Origin: Anaerolineae bacterium
GTDB lineage: Bacteria; Chloroflexota; Anaerolineae; UBA4142
NCBI GenBank assembly: GCA_034433515.1
Contig: DAOUAL010000021.1
Span: forward strand, 317 to 64,316
Length of the DNA: 64,000 bases
Direction of reading: 5' to 3'
In this document: in pieces, positions 41,584-50,826 of the stretch
How positions within the stretch are numbered: the stretch's first letter is position 1
How the letters are laid out: each line of letters begins with the position of its first letter
Notes under the pieces: model-generated
Databases searched by the model: none
The model's input: the letters and a program-made list of their open reading frames with translations, nothing else
What the model was told of the DNA's origin: nothing
Translations under genes and position numbers: made by a program

Positions 41584-41610
41584 AACGCGACGCTTGTTGC
41601 GTTCGTACCC

Positions 41611-41660
41611 GGGTAGCCGAATAAGGCATTGTGCACCTTCGGCTACCCGCTTTGTTTTTG
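41611..41660 (+). terminator. rho-independent terminator
   Basis: GGGTAGCCGAA-n16-TTCGGCTACCC followed by GCTTTGTTTTT. Confidence 0.6.
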
Positions 41661-41734
41661 CTTGCTTTTGCAATTGAGCCGGGTTATAATTGACTTGGGT
41701 AGCGATTCTGAATTTTCTTGCCCGGGAGGAAGTT

Positions 41735-44206
41735 GTGATAGCGGATGAAACGCTTCGGCAAGCCGAGCCGGAAAATCTCCCTCAAGATCCCGAAGACTGG
41801 GCACGTGCGTTCGTTGAGCATAGCCCAGAGGTCATTTGGGCTTGCGATGCCAAGGGACGGATTATCTTCGCCAATGATGCGGCTTGCCGGTTCTTTGAGT
41901 ACGATCGTGCCACGTTGCTCACGCTGCACATCACCGACCTCCTCGCCCCCGACCAAATCTTTCCTCACGATCTAGAGCAAAATTTTGCGCAAATTTTTCC
42001 GGCTCATCACATTGTCAAATTTCGGACTAGCACCGACCAGGTCCGCGACGCCAGTTACATTCCCACCCCCATCCGCAATGCCGAAAACCAAGTCATTGGT
42101 TATCAGATCATTTTGCATGATACGACCGAACAACAACGCGCCCTGGAACAGTTGAAACAACGCAACGAAGAACTTGCCGCGCTCAACGCCATCGCCGATA
42201 TTCTCAGCAATCCGCGCGATTTTATGCGCGCGCTTGATCAAGTGTGTGAACAAATCGTTTCGATTACCGGGATGGAATCGGCAGTCATCCTCCTCGTGAA
42301 CCAGGACCAACAATGCACCGAAATCGTTGCCCACCGCGGCATCAGCCAGCAATTGTATCAAGCCGGCTACCGGGTTGACTTGAACGATCCCGTCACCCAT
42401 TACATTGCGGTCGAAGGCAACGTCTTTGCGATGGACGACCTCAGTACTTATCAAGGCAACGGGCTTGCCGGACCACGTGCCGAAGGATACCGCGCCGGCA
42501 TCGGCGTGCCGATTTTGAAACGCGACAAGCCGGTAGGCATCATCGGAGTCGGCAGCAAACTCCGCGTCAAGTACGATCCCACCGATATCAACTTGCTCCT
42601 CACCATCGGACGCCAGATCGGCAAAGCACTGGAAAATGCGGAATTGTACGCGCAGATGGAACGCCGCTTGAAAGAACTTGATGGAATCGCCAAAATGACG
42701 GCGGCGTGTAGCGGCACTTTGGATCCCATCGAATTAGCCCAGATCGCCGTGCATTGGACAGCTCAACTTTTGGCATGCGATTCGGCGACCGTGCGTTTAC
42801 TTTACGAGAACAAAATGCGCCTCGCCGCAAATTATGCGCGCCATCCCATGCCATTGCGTTTCGAGCTAGAGGTGGACGATGTATTCAGTCCTATCTTTAC
42901 TCAGTCCCGTCCTCTCATCATCGAAAACGTGGAGCAATATGATTTGCCAACTACCCATCGCCAAGGTTTCCTCTCGGTAGGCATTCGCGCGATCGCCATT
43001 CTGCCGATGCAAGCCCGGGAACATGTGTTGGGTGGGTTGGCGGTAATTTTTGAACAACCCCATCGTTGGCAAGCCAATGAACTTGGTCTGGCGCAAACGA
43101 TTGCCAACCACGTCGCCAGCGCGATTGAAGGCGCACAGTTATATCAAAACGTCTTGAGCGAACAACGCAAAGTCCAAGCCATCTTCGATAGTGGACTCAG
43201 TGGCTTGTTTGCGACCGATGCAGAAGGGCGCATCACAATGTTCAACCACGCCGCCGAAAGTATTACCGGTTGGTCATACAACGAAGTGTCCGGCAAAAAG
43301 TGGGAAGAGGTTTTCAGCGACGCGTCTCCAGATTCCCCCGAGCCACTCATCCACGATGCCTTGTATCGCAAAAAGACAGTCTTTGTGCAAGAGGGCAAAC
43401 AGATCCGTACGCGCGATGGACGTCTGATTCCGGTTGCCAAAGCGGTGGCGCCTCTCCTGGACGCCCAAGGCAATGTAACGGGTGCCGTCGGCGCGTTTTG
43501 GGATCTGTCGCGGGAGCAAGCCGCCGAGATGGCGCGCGAAGAGTTGCTCAAAGAAATTACGCACCAATTGCGCTCGCCACTGACCGCCGTTCTTGCCGCC
43601 TTGCAATTATTGGAGCGTCCCAATCTTTCGGTCGAAAGACGCGCGGAAATGTGGACCGCCCTCAAACGGGATGGGCAACGCCTCCGACGCTTTGCCGATC
43701 AATTCCTCGATCTAGAGGCAACCTTGAAATCGGTGCGCCCGCTGAATATGGAACCGCTTTCCATCGCCGTGCTTGTCCGCGCGCTGGTCCGTTCATTCCA
43801 AACCCAGAAAAGCCGGCATCGTTTTCATGTGAAATCTACGCCAAAAAATTTATTGGCTTTTGCCGATGAATGGCGCGTGGAAAATGTGCTCCGCAATCTG
43901 CTCGATAATGCCATTGCCTATTCACCTCCCGAAACCCTGATTACCATCACGATCAAACCCATCCCGGATCAGATGATCCTGATCTCGGTGCGCGATCAAG
44001 GTCCCGGCATCCCGCTCGAAAACCAAACCAAAATTTTTGCCCCCTTCTATCGTTCCGCCTACCCACAAAAGCGAAATACCTATGGCCATGGCTTGGGCCT
44101 CGCCATCGCCAAACGCAATGTGGAAGAAATGGGGGGACACATTTGGGTCGAAAGTAAAACAGGACACGGCGCGACATTCTTTTTTACCTTACGGAGGTAC
44201 CAATGA
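41735..44206 (+). CDS. sensor histidine kinase (PAS-GAF-GAF-PAS-HisKA-HATPase_c)
   Basis: H-box ITHQLRSPLTAV, N-box LLDNAIAYS, G-boxes DQGPGIP and GHGLGLAIAK. Start placed at GTG 41735 (GGGAGGAAG upstream), because a TTGCTT-17-TATAAT promoter ends at 41690. Confidence 0.85.
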   Translation: MIADETLRQAEPENLPQDPEDWARAFVEHSPEVIWACDAKGRIIFANDAACRFFEYDRATLLTLHITDLLAPDQIFPHDLEQNFAQIFPAHHIVKFRTSTDQVRDASYIPTPIRNAENQVIGYQIILHDTTEQQRALEQLKQRNEELAALNAIADILSNPRDFMRALDQVCEQIVSITGMESAVILLVNQDQQCTEIVAHRGISQQLYQAGYRVDLNDPVTHYIAVEGNVFAMDDLSTYQGNGLAGPRAEGYRAGIGVPILKRDKPVGIIGVGSKLRVKYDPTDINLLLTIGRQIGKALENAELYAQMERRLKELDGIAKMTAACSGTLDPIELAQIAVHWTAQLLACDSATVRLLYENKMRLAANYARHPMPLRFELEVDDVFSPIFTQSRPLIIENVEQYDLPTTHRQGFLSVGIRAIAILPMQAREHVLGGLAVIFEQPHRWQANELGLAQTIANHVASAIEGAQLYQNVLSEQRKVQAIFDSGLSGLFATDAEGRITMFNHAAESITGWSYNEVSGKKWEEVFSDASPDSPEPLIHDALYRKKTVFVQEGKQIRTRDGRLIPVAKAVAPLLDAQGNVTGAVGAFWDLSREQAAEMAREELLKEITHQLRSPLTAVLAALQLLERPNLSVERRAEMWTALKRDGQRLRRFADQFLDLEATLKSVRPLNMEPLSIAVLVRALVRSFQTQKSRHRFHVKSTPKNLLAFADEWRVENVLRNLLDNAIAYSPPETLITITIKPIPDQMILISVRDQGPGIPLENQTKIFAPFYRSAYPQKRNTYGHGLGLAIAKRNVEEMGGHIWVESKTGHGATFFFTLRRYQ

Positions 44207-44892
44207 CACACCCGGACACCATCTTGATTGCGGATGACGATGCGTCGCTGCGTCAGGTGATTACTACGTTGCTGCAGGAAGAAGGATTCAACGTCCTGCA
44301 AGCCGCCGATGGGAACGAATGTCTGCACATTGCTTACGAGCAACGGCCGGATCTCATCCTCCTCGATATCATGATGCCGAACAAGGACGGGCGCGAGGTT
44401 TGCCAACGTTTGCGCGAGTTTTCCACCATTCCGATTATTATGCTGACCGCGATCTCACAGGAACGCGAAATTATTGATCGCTTGCTGGGCGGCGCGGACG
44501 ATTACATCACCAAACCGTTTGACAACGATGAGTTGGTCGCCCGCATCCGCGCTGTCTTGCGGCGCACCCGGCAGCATAGCCGCCAGCCGCCGTACGATGA
44601 TGGGTATCTATATATTGATTTTGACGCGCGTCAAGTCCGGGTTCAGGGCAATCTCGTTTCCATCACCCCCAAAGAGTGGCGCCTGCTCGAATATTTGATC
44701 AAGAATGCCAACCGAGTGGTGCCGCGCCAGACTTTACTCCGTCATGTGTGGGGCGCTGGCTATGAAGACCAATACAACTATCTCAAAGTCTTTATCGCGC
44801 ATCTGCGTCAAAAATTGAATGATCATGCGCGCCGTCCTCGCTATATCCTCACCGAGCATAACATCGGCTATCGGTTTCAGACGCACCATTAA
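44203..44892 (+). CDS. OmpR-family response regulator
   Basis: Receiver (ILIADDD...LILLDIMMP...KPF) plus winged-helix output domain. ATGA overlap with the kinase stop. Confidence 0.9.
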   Translation: MTHPDTILIADDDASLRQVITTLLQEEGFNVLQAADGNECLHIAYEQRPDLILLDIMMPNKDGREVCQRLREFSTIPIIMLTAISQEREIIDRLLGGADDYITKPFDNDELVARIRAVLRRTRQHSRQPPYDDGYLYIDFDARQVRVQGNLVSITPKEWRLLEYLIKNANRVVPRQTLLRHVWGAGYEDQYNYLKVFIAHLRQKLNDHARRPRYILTEHNIGYRFQTHH

Positions 44893-44932
44893 AAAACCAG
44901 GGAGGTTGCGGAAACCTTCCTGGTTTGATTTT
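44891..44932. terminator. bidirectional terminator between convergent genes
   Basis: A-run, CCAGGGAGGTT-gcgga-AACCTTCCTGG, then TTTGATTTT. Confidence 0.65.
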
Positions 44933-46199
44933 AGCCATCAATGCCCGGCACCGGGAACTGACACGCAAATTTCACCACCGCGCGATGCACCCGTTCACAC
45001 AAGGCGTCATCATCCAGATGCGTAATCACATCCGCAATCCAATCGGCGATCTGGCGCATATCGTTCTCTTTCATGCCACGCGTCGTTAACGCCGGCGTGC
45101 CAAGGCGCACTCCGCTCGTTACCGTCGCCGGGAGCGGATCGAATGGAATCAAATTCTTGTTCACGGTGATGCCAACCTCGTGCAACTTGTTTGCCACGTC
45201 CTGGCCACTCACCTTTTGCCGCGTCAAGTCCACCAAGAGCAGATGATTATCTGTCCCGCCGGACACTAGACGAATCCCACGCGCCTGCAACTGTTCGCCC
45301 AAGGCGCGCGCGTTGGCGATCACTTGCTTTTGATACTCAACGAACGAGGGTTGCAACGCTTCATAAAGTGCCACCGCTTTGCCGGCAATGACGTGTTCCA
45401 AGGGCCCCCCTTGCGAGCCGGGAAAAATGGCTTTGTCCACCGCCTTGGCAAATTCAGCGGTGCAGAGAATCATCCCGCCGCGCGGACCACGCAAGGTTTT
45501 GTGTGTTGTCGTCGTAACAATGTCCGCCACCGGAATTGGATCGGGGTGCACCTTTGCCGCCACCAAGCCGGCAATGTGCGCCATATCCACCATCAAGCGT
45601 GCGCCCACCGCTTGGGCGATCTGGCGCATGCGGGCAAAATCAATTTGGCGCGGATACGCGGTGGCACCCGCCACAATCAACTGGGGACGATGTTGTTCGG
45701 CGAGGCGCAAAATTTCTTCGTAATCGAGGACTTCGGTTTCGCGATGAACGCCATAACCGATGAATTTGTAAAGTTGGCCGGACAAGTTGACCGGCGCACC
45801 GTGCGTGAGATGTCCACCTTGCGCGAGTGACATTGCCAAGACCGTATCGCCCGGTTGAATGACCGCGTTGTACGCGCCCAGATTCGCCTGCGAACCGGAA
45901 TGCGGTTGCACATTCGCGTGCTCTGCGCCAAACAACTTTTTCGCCCGTTCGATGGCAAGCGTTTCTGCCTGATCCACAAATTCACAACCACTATAGTAGC
46001 GTTTGGCAGGATACCCTTCCGCGTACTTGTTGGTCAAGACTGAACCGACCGCTTCCAAGACCGCACGACTTGCATAGTTTTCGGACGCGATCATTTCCAG
46101 CCCTTCTTTTTGACGTTGCCGCTCGCGTTCAATGATCGCCGCAATGTCTGGATCCACCTGCTGAATCGTCAACGGCAATGTCTGCGTCATTGCACACAT
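44931..46199 (-). CDS. glyA: serine hydroxymethyltransferase
   Basis: SHMT over the full length, including the PLP-lysine region [21 protein letters not shown] 9 nt upstream of ATG 46199. Confidence 0.95.
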   Translation of the reverse strand: MCAMTQTLPLTIQQVDPDIAAIIERERQRQKEGLEMIASENYASRAVLEAVGSVLTNKYAEGYPAKRYYSGCEFVDQAETLAIERAKKLFGAEHANVQPHSGSQANLGAYNAVIQPGDTVLAMSLAQGGHLTHGAPVNLSGQLYKFIGYGVHRETEVLDYEEILRLAEQHRPQLIVAGATAYPRQIDFARMRQIAQAVGARLMVDMAHIAGLVAAKVHPDPIPVADIVTTTTHKTLRGPRGGMILCTAEFAKAVDKAIFPGSQGGPLEHVIAGKAVALYEALQPSFVEYQKQVIANARALGEQLQARGIRLVSGGTDNHLLLVDLTRQKVSGQDVANKLHEVGITVNKNLIPFDPLPATVTSGVRLGTPALTTRGMKENDMRQIADWIADVITHLDDDALCERVHRAVVKFACQFPVPGIDG

Positions 46200-46272
46200 C
46201 GAAACAAACTCCTTTCTGATTTTTCAACTCCATCGTTCAGTATAGCACACCCACATCAATCGCACAAATTAT

Positions 46273-46301
46273 TTGACGAAAACCCCGGTCTCTGCTATAC
46301 T
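46273..46301 (+). promoter_or_regulatory. sigma-70-type promoter of the tRNA operon
   Basis: TTGACG, 17-nt spacer, TATACT. It ends 12 nt before the first tRNA. Confidence 0.55.
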
Positions 46302-46313
46302 GTGTCTGCTTGT

Positions 46314-46397
46314 GGAGGAGTGCCGGAGTGGACTATCGGCGCCGCCTTGAAAGCGGATGGGTCAAAAGCCACGGAGGTTCGAATCCTTCCTCCTCCG
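46314..46397 (+). tRNA. tRNA-Ser (anticodon TGA), no encoded CCA
   Basis: Hand-folded cloverleaf. Acceptor GGAGGAG/CTCCTCC, anticodon loop CTTGAAA, long variable region, T-arm GGAGG-TTCGAAT-CCTTC, discriminator G. Confidence 0.85.
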
Positions 46398-46473
46398 TCG
46401 GAGTGACGTGCGGCGAGTGCCGAGTGTCGTGCGCAAGTGCCACGTCACCCGACCCTTGGCACACGCAACATTT

Positions 46474-46569
46474 GGAGGGGTCGCATAGCCTGGTCTAGTG
46501 CGGTCGCCTGCTAAGTGACTGTAGGGGTCTTGAAAGCCTCTACCGCGGGTTCAAATCCCGCCCCCTCCG
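46474..46569 (+). tRNA. tRNA-Ser (anticodon GCT), no encoded CCA
   Basis: Acceptor GGAGGGG/CCCCTCC, anticodon stem GTCGC/GTGAC with loop CTGCTAA, 7-bp variable arm, T-arm GCGGG-TTCAAAT-CCCGC. Confidence 0.85.
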
Positions 46570-46660
46570 CTCTAATTCGTTGCATCGTTTCATCGTTACG
46601 TCGTTGGTGTGGTTCAATGCTTTTATCAAAGCAACGATTGAACGAAGCAACGCCGAAGAA

Positions 46661-46734
46661 CTCCCCGTAGCGCAATTGGATAGCGCGCAGCCCTGCGGAG
46701 GCTGAGGTTGCGAGTTCAAGCCTCGCCGGGGAGG
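46661..46734 (+). tRNA. tRNA-Arg (anticodon GCG), no encoded CCA
   Basis: Acceptor CTCCCCG/CGGGGAG (C1-G72), D-arm GCGC-AATTGGATA-GCGC, anticodon stem CAGCC/GGCTG with loop CTGCGGA, T-arm GCGAG-TTCAAGC-CTCGC. Confidence 0.8.
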
Positions 46735-46738
46735 CAAC

Positions 46739-46775
46739 AAAACGCTTCGAGTTTGCTCGGAGCGTTTTTGTTTTG
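46739..46775 (+). terminator. rho-independent terminator of the tRNA operon
   Basis: 13-bp stem AAAACGCTTCGAG-tttg-CTCGGAGCGTTTT running into TTTTTGTTTTG. Confidence 0.75.
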
Positions 46776-46801
46776 TATTCGACTGTGTTATAATTCTGGA
46801 C

Positions 46802-49363
46802 GTGGACGCCATCCTCACTCACGAAAACGCCGATTTCGATGCCTTGGCTGCCCTGCTCGGCGCCAAAAAAATCTATCCCGCCGCGCTCGCCGTCTTGCCA
46901 CGCCGCCTCAATCGCAACGTGCGCGATTTTCACGCGCTCTATTGTGATGCCTTGCCCTTCATCGCCAGCGATGATTTACCCAAACAATCTTTTCGCCAAG
47001 TGCTCATTGTGGATACCCAAGGCATCCAATCGGTGCGCGGCGTTACTGCCAAGACCCGCATTCATTTTGTGGATCATCATCCCCTTGCGCGCCATTTGAA
47101 AAACGGGATGACTTTTTTTGGCGGCGAAACCGGTGCCACCACCACTCTTTTCGTCGAACAAATCCGGGAAAAGGAAATTCCGCTCACGCCGATTGAAGCC
47201 ACCCTCTTGTTGCTCGGCATCTATGAAGATACCGGCTCGCTCTCTTACACCACCACCACGCCGCGCGATGCGCACGCGACCGCCTTCTTGCTTGAACACG
47301 GCGCGAGTCTCCAAGTGGTCAACGATTTCTTGCATCATCCGCTCACCCCCGAACAACACAAACTGTACCAACGCTTGATGGATCATTTGGAAACGGTGAA
47401 CATTGCCGGCCATGCCATTGTCGTTGCCGCCGCACGCGCTGACACCTACACCGAAGAAATTTCCACGCTGGCGCATCAACTGCGCGAACTGTACGATCCC
47501 GCCGCCATTTTTATCTTGGTGCAAATGGACGATCACATTCAACTCGTTGCCCGATCCGATCAAGCCGAGATTGATGTGGCAAAAATCGCCGAAGCGTTTG
47601 GGGGCGGCGGACACGATAAAGCTTCGGCTGCGCTCATTCGCGGCATCACCTTGCGGCAAGCCAAATCGAAATTACTCAAACTGCTCAAAACATCGGTTAA
47701 ACCCTCGGTGACGGTACGTCAATTGATGTCGTTTGGCGTGCACACGTTGGAGCCCACCATGACCGTCGCCCAAGCCGCCGAGGCTGCCAATCGCTATGGC
47801 CACGAAGGTTTCCCCATCGCCCGCAACGGCAAGTTGGTGGGTGTGTTGACGCGTCGTGAAATTGACCGCGCGATGCATCACAAATTAGGAAACACGCCGA
47901 TCAAAAACTTGATGCACAAACCGGTCTTTGTGTCACCGGACGATTCGCTCGACAAGTTGCGCGCGGTGATGATCGCGTCCGATCTGGGCCAAGTGCCGGT
48001 GGTGGACAAGCACCACAAAATCATCGGTATTGTTACCCGGACCGATTTGATCAAACCCTTTGGCATCGCGCGCCCCACCCGTGCCGAAACGATGGTGCAA
48101 CGTTTGGAACAATGGCTTCCGCCGGACCTCGATAACTTGTTGCGCCAAGCCAGTCAAACAGCCCGCGAATTGGGGTTTAGTCTCTACATCGTTGGCGGCT
48201 TTGTGCGCGATCTGTTGCTTAATCAACCCAACCTTGACCTTGATCTCGTCGTAGAAGGCGATGCGATTGAACTTGCACGCGCGTTGGCGAAAAAGTTTGG
48301 CGGACGTGTGCATGGACACACGCGTTTTGGAACTGCCAAATGGATTCTGGGCAAACGCAATGGGATGCAAATTGATCACCTCGATTTCACGACGGCGCGC
48401 ACGGAATTTTACGCGCACCCCTCTGCTCTGCCCGAAGTGGAAAAGAGTTCGATCAAGCAAGACTTGCGCCGCCGCGATTTTACCATCAATACGCTCGCGC
48501 TCTGCCTTGATCCGGATCGCTACGGACAATTGCTCGATCCGTTTGGTGGCGAAGAAGATTTGCGGCGCGGCTTGATTCGTGTCTTGCACAGTTTGAGTTT
48601 TATCGAAGACCCGACGCGCATGTTGCGCGCGGTACGCTTTGAGCAACGTTTTGGTTTCCAAATCGAACCGCGCACCGCTCAACTCATTGGTAACGCCCTT
48701 GATATGATCGAGCGGGTGAGCGGTGAACGTTTGGCGCACGAATTAGAATTGATTTTCCAAGAAGACGCCCCGGAAAAAATCTTGGCGCGCTTGTACACTT
48801 TGGGAGTCTTGCGGGCGATCTATGCGGCGCTTGAATTCACCGATTGGCACGCGGACAAGTTTCGCGCCGCGCGGGAAACCATCGAGTCCATCACACCAAT
48901 CATCTATTGGGGCTTGCTGGCATATCACCTCAAACCCTCGGCGATCACCGAATTGTGCCGCCGCTTGAAATTTCCCAACGCCAATGGCGATACCTTGATG
49001 CAAGTCATCGAACTACGCGACGAAGTGAGTGCGGCATTGCGCCAACCCACGCTCCCTCCCAGTGCCCTCTATCGCTTGCTCGAAGCGTATGACGACACCG
49101 CCTTGCTCATCTTTCAAATCGCTACCGATGATCCACTCGTGCGCGAACGCATTGAACTCTATCGTTCACAGTTACGCCATGTTCACATCGAACTGAACGG
49201 CAATGATTTGAAAAAGATGGGCCTCCCGCCAGGACCCACCTACAAAGACCTTCTGACGCAATTGCGGGACGCGCGGTTGGATGGCGTGATTACGAACCGC
49301 GAACAAGAAATCGCATGGGTGAAACAAGCGCTGGCGCGCACCGCGTCAGACCAATCGGCTTGA
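46802..49363 (+). CDS. DHH/DHHA1 - CBS pair - tRNA nucleotidyltransferase/poly(A) polymerase family fusion protein (candidate CCA-adding enzyme)
   Basis: DHH motif I (THENADFDALAA), GGGH (DHHA1), two CBS modules (VMSFGVHTLEP.., LMHKPVFVSPDD..). Nucleotidyltransferase head (LYIVGGFVRDLLL...DLDLVVEGD, RRDFTINTLA). GTG start. Confidence 0.85.
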   Translation: MDAILTHENADFDALAALLGAKKIYPAALAVLPRRLNRNVRDFHALYCDALPFIASDDLPKQSFRQVLIVDTQGIQSVRGVTAKTRIHFVDHHPLARHLKNGMTFFGGETGATTTLFVEQIREKEIPLTPIEATLLLLGIYEDTGSLSYTTTTPRDAHATAFLLEHGASLQVVNDFLHHPLTPEQHKLYQRLMDHLETVNIAGHAIVVAAARADTYTEEISTLAHQLRELYDPAAIFILVQMDDHIQLVARSDQAEIDVAKIAEAFGGGGHDKASAALIRGITLRQAKSKLLKLLKTSVKPSVTVRQLMSFGVHTLEPTMTVAQAAEAANRYGHEGFPIARNGKLVGVLTRREIDRAMHHKLGNTPIKNLMHKPVFVSPDDSLDKLRAVMIASDLGQVPVVDKHHKIIGIVTRTDLIKPFGIARPTRAETMVQRLEQWLPPDLDNLLRQASQTARELGFSLYIVGGFVRDLLLNQPNLDLDLVVEGDAIELARALAKKFGGRVHGHTRFGTAKWILGKRNGMQIDHLDFTTARTEFYAHPSALPEVEKSSIKQDLRRRDFTINTLALCLDPDRYGQLLDPFGGEEDLRRGLIRVLHSLSFIEDPTRMLRAVRFEQRFGFQIEPRTAQLIGNALDMIERVSGERLAHELELIFQEDAPEKILARLYTLGVLRAIYAALEFTDWHADKFRAARETIESITPIIYWGLLAYHLKPSAITELCRRLKFPNANGDTLMQVIELRDEVSAALRQPTLPPSALYRLLEAYDDTALLIFQIATDDPLVRERIELYRSQLRHVHIELNGNDLKKMGLPPGPTYKDLLTQLRDARLDGVITNREQEIAWVKQALARTASDQSA

Positions 49364-49394
49364 ATGAGCATTGCCGAACATGTGAGGGAAAAAT

Positions 49395-50306
49395 ATGGCA
49401 GGCAAATTTTTGATCGCATCCAAGAATCGCAAAACGGTGGGCGTGATTGAAAACGCGCTCAAGTCCGATCGCCACAAGGTTTTCATCACACCGAGCGGAA
49501 TGGAGACGATTGATCTCGCGTTGGACAAGCAACCCAATGCCATCTTTCTCAGCGTCGCGCTCAAAGACCTGAACGGCTTGGAAACTGCACGCGCTTTGCG
49601 TTCTCTCACGCCCACCGAAAACGTGCCGATTATTTTCCTCGCCGAGAATGCCGAGCAAGCCACTCAAGTTGCCAACGCGCGTTTCCCATTAACCGAATGC
49701 CTCACCGCTCCCTTTGATCCTGCCCAAGTCCGCGCACACGCCGTTGGGGACTGGCGCGCCGGCGGACACGTGACCACGTTGCGTCAATCCAAAACCGAGA
49801 ACGCGTGGATGCTGGCAATTATTGATCCCCTCACCCAATTGTATCATCGCCGCTATCTCATGCATCGGTTAGCGTACGAAGCCAAACGCAGTTTGCGGTA
49901 CCATAATCCGCTGGCGGTGATGTTGGTGGACATTGATAACCTTAAAGAAATCAACCGGCAATATGGTATTGTGACGGGCGATGCGGTACTGATCGAAGTG
50001 GGGCAACTCCTTCTCTCGAGTATGCGTAAAGCCGAGATTGTGGGACGCAACGATGTGCAAGACTTTCTCGTCATTGTGCCACAAACCGATGAACCCGGCG
50101 TCCACCAACTGGCGGAACGCCTTCGGCACACCATCGCCGAGCATCATTTTGTTTTAGAGAAACTGGATCTGCATGTAACAGTGAGCGTGGGAACCGCATG
50201 GACAAACGGCGCGGACTTGGCCGAGAGTCTTGCGCTCATTGCTCGTGCCGAGGTCGCCTTATCGCGTGCAAAGCGCGCCGGGAAAAACCGTGTGGAGGTG
50301 GGCTGA
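49395..50306 (+). CDS. pseudo-receiver plus degenerate GGDEF domain protein
   Basis: REC-like fold with SK for the acidic pair, S for the phospho-Asp (AIFLSVAL) and A for the conserved Lys (LTAPF). GGDEF-domain fold with DVQDF in place of GGDEF. Confidence 0.8.
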   Translation: MAGKFLIASKNRKTVGVIENALKSDRHKVFITPSGMETIDLALDKQPNAIFLSVALKDLNGLETARALRSLTPTENVPIIFLAENAEQATQVANARFPLTECLTAPFDPAQVRAHAVGDWRAGGHVTTLRQSKTENAWMLAIIDPLTQLYHRRYLMHRLAYEAKRSLRYHNPLAVMLVDIDNLKEINRQYGIVTGDAVLIEVGQLLLSSMRKAEIVGRNDVQDFLVIVPQTDEPGVHQLAERLRHTIAEHHFVLEKLDLHVTVSVGTAWTNGADLAESLALIARAEVALSRAKRAGKNRVEVG

Positions 50307-50307
50307 A

Positions 50308-50778
50308 ATGGTGCCAGCGGTCCGAACCTACATCGAAATCCTGCGTGCCCGTCGCGCCGATGTGCTGAACACGTTGAATGGCTTGAACGAGGACGCGCTC
50401 ACCTGGCGCCCCCTCCCCAACGACACCAACTCGATGTACGCGCTGGCGGTTCACGTCTTGGGCGCGGAACGCAAATGGATTCACGAAATTATTGGGGGAC
50501 GCAAAATCGAACGGGATCGCGAAGCCGAATTCCGCGCGCTTGCCACTGATATTCGCTCGCTCCGCACCCAATACGACCTCACTGCCAACGAGAGCGAAGA
50601 GATTCTCGCGCGCCTCCTCCTCACCGAATTGGAGACCACCCGGCAAGCGATGCGCTATGGTGAGCAATCGGTGCGGTGGTGTATTTTGCACGTGATTGAA
50701 CATTACAACGAACCCCTGGGGCAAATGTGGCTAACGCGGCAACTATGGGAGAATCAATCCAGGATTGCACCACGCTGA
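50308..50778 (+). CDS. DinB family (DinB_2-like) protein
   Basis: Four-helix-bundle pattern with His-containing motifs (LAVHVLGAERKWIHE, CILHVIEHYNEPLGQ). ATG 50308 follows the upstream TGA by 1 nt. Confidence 0.65.
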   Translation: MVPAVRTYIEILRARRADVLNTLNGLNEDALTWRPLPNDTNSMYALAVHVLGAERKWIHEIIGGRKIERDREAEFRALATDIRSLRTQYDLTANESEEILARLLLTELETTRQAMRYGEQSVRWCILHVIEHYNEPLGQMWLTRQLWENQSRIAPR

Positions 50779-50785
50779 ATAAAAA

Positions 50786-50826
50786 GAACAGACGACCGGT
50801 TTCGTCGTCTGTTCTCTGTCTTTTCT
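50786..50826. terminator. bidirectional terminator between convergent genes
   Basis: GAACAGACGAC-cggtttc-GTCGTCTGTTC, flanked by an A-run and TCTGTCTTTTCTC. Confidence 0.7.

Noticed and set aside
46314-46397. Possible tRNA-Sec (selC), given the UGA-containing peroxiredoxin in the same window
   Set aside because: The anticodon loop is CTTGAAA (anticodon UGA, Ser), not UCA. The acceptor stem is 7 bp and the D-stem is short, so this is an ordinary class II tRNA-Ser.
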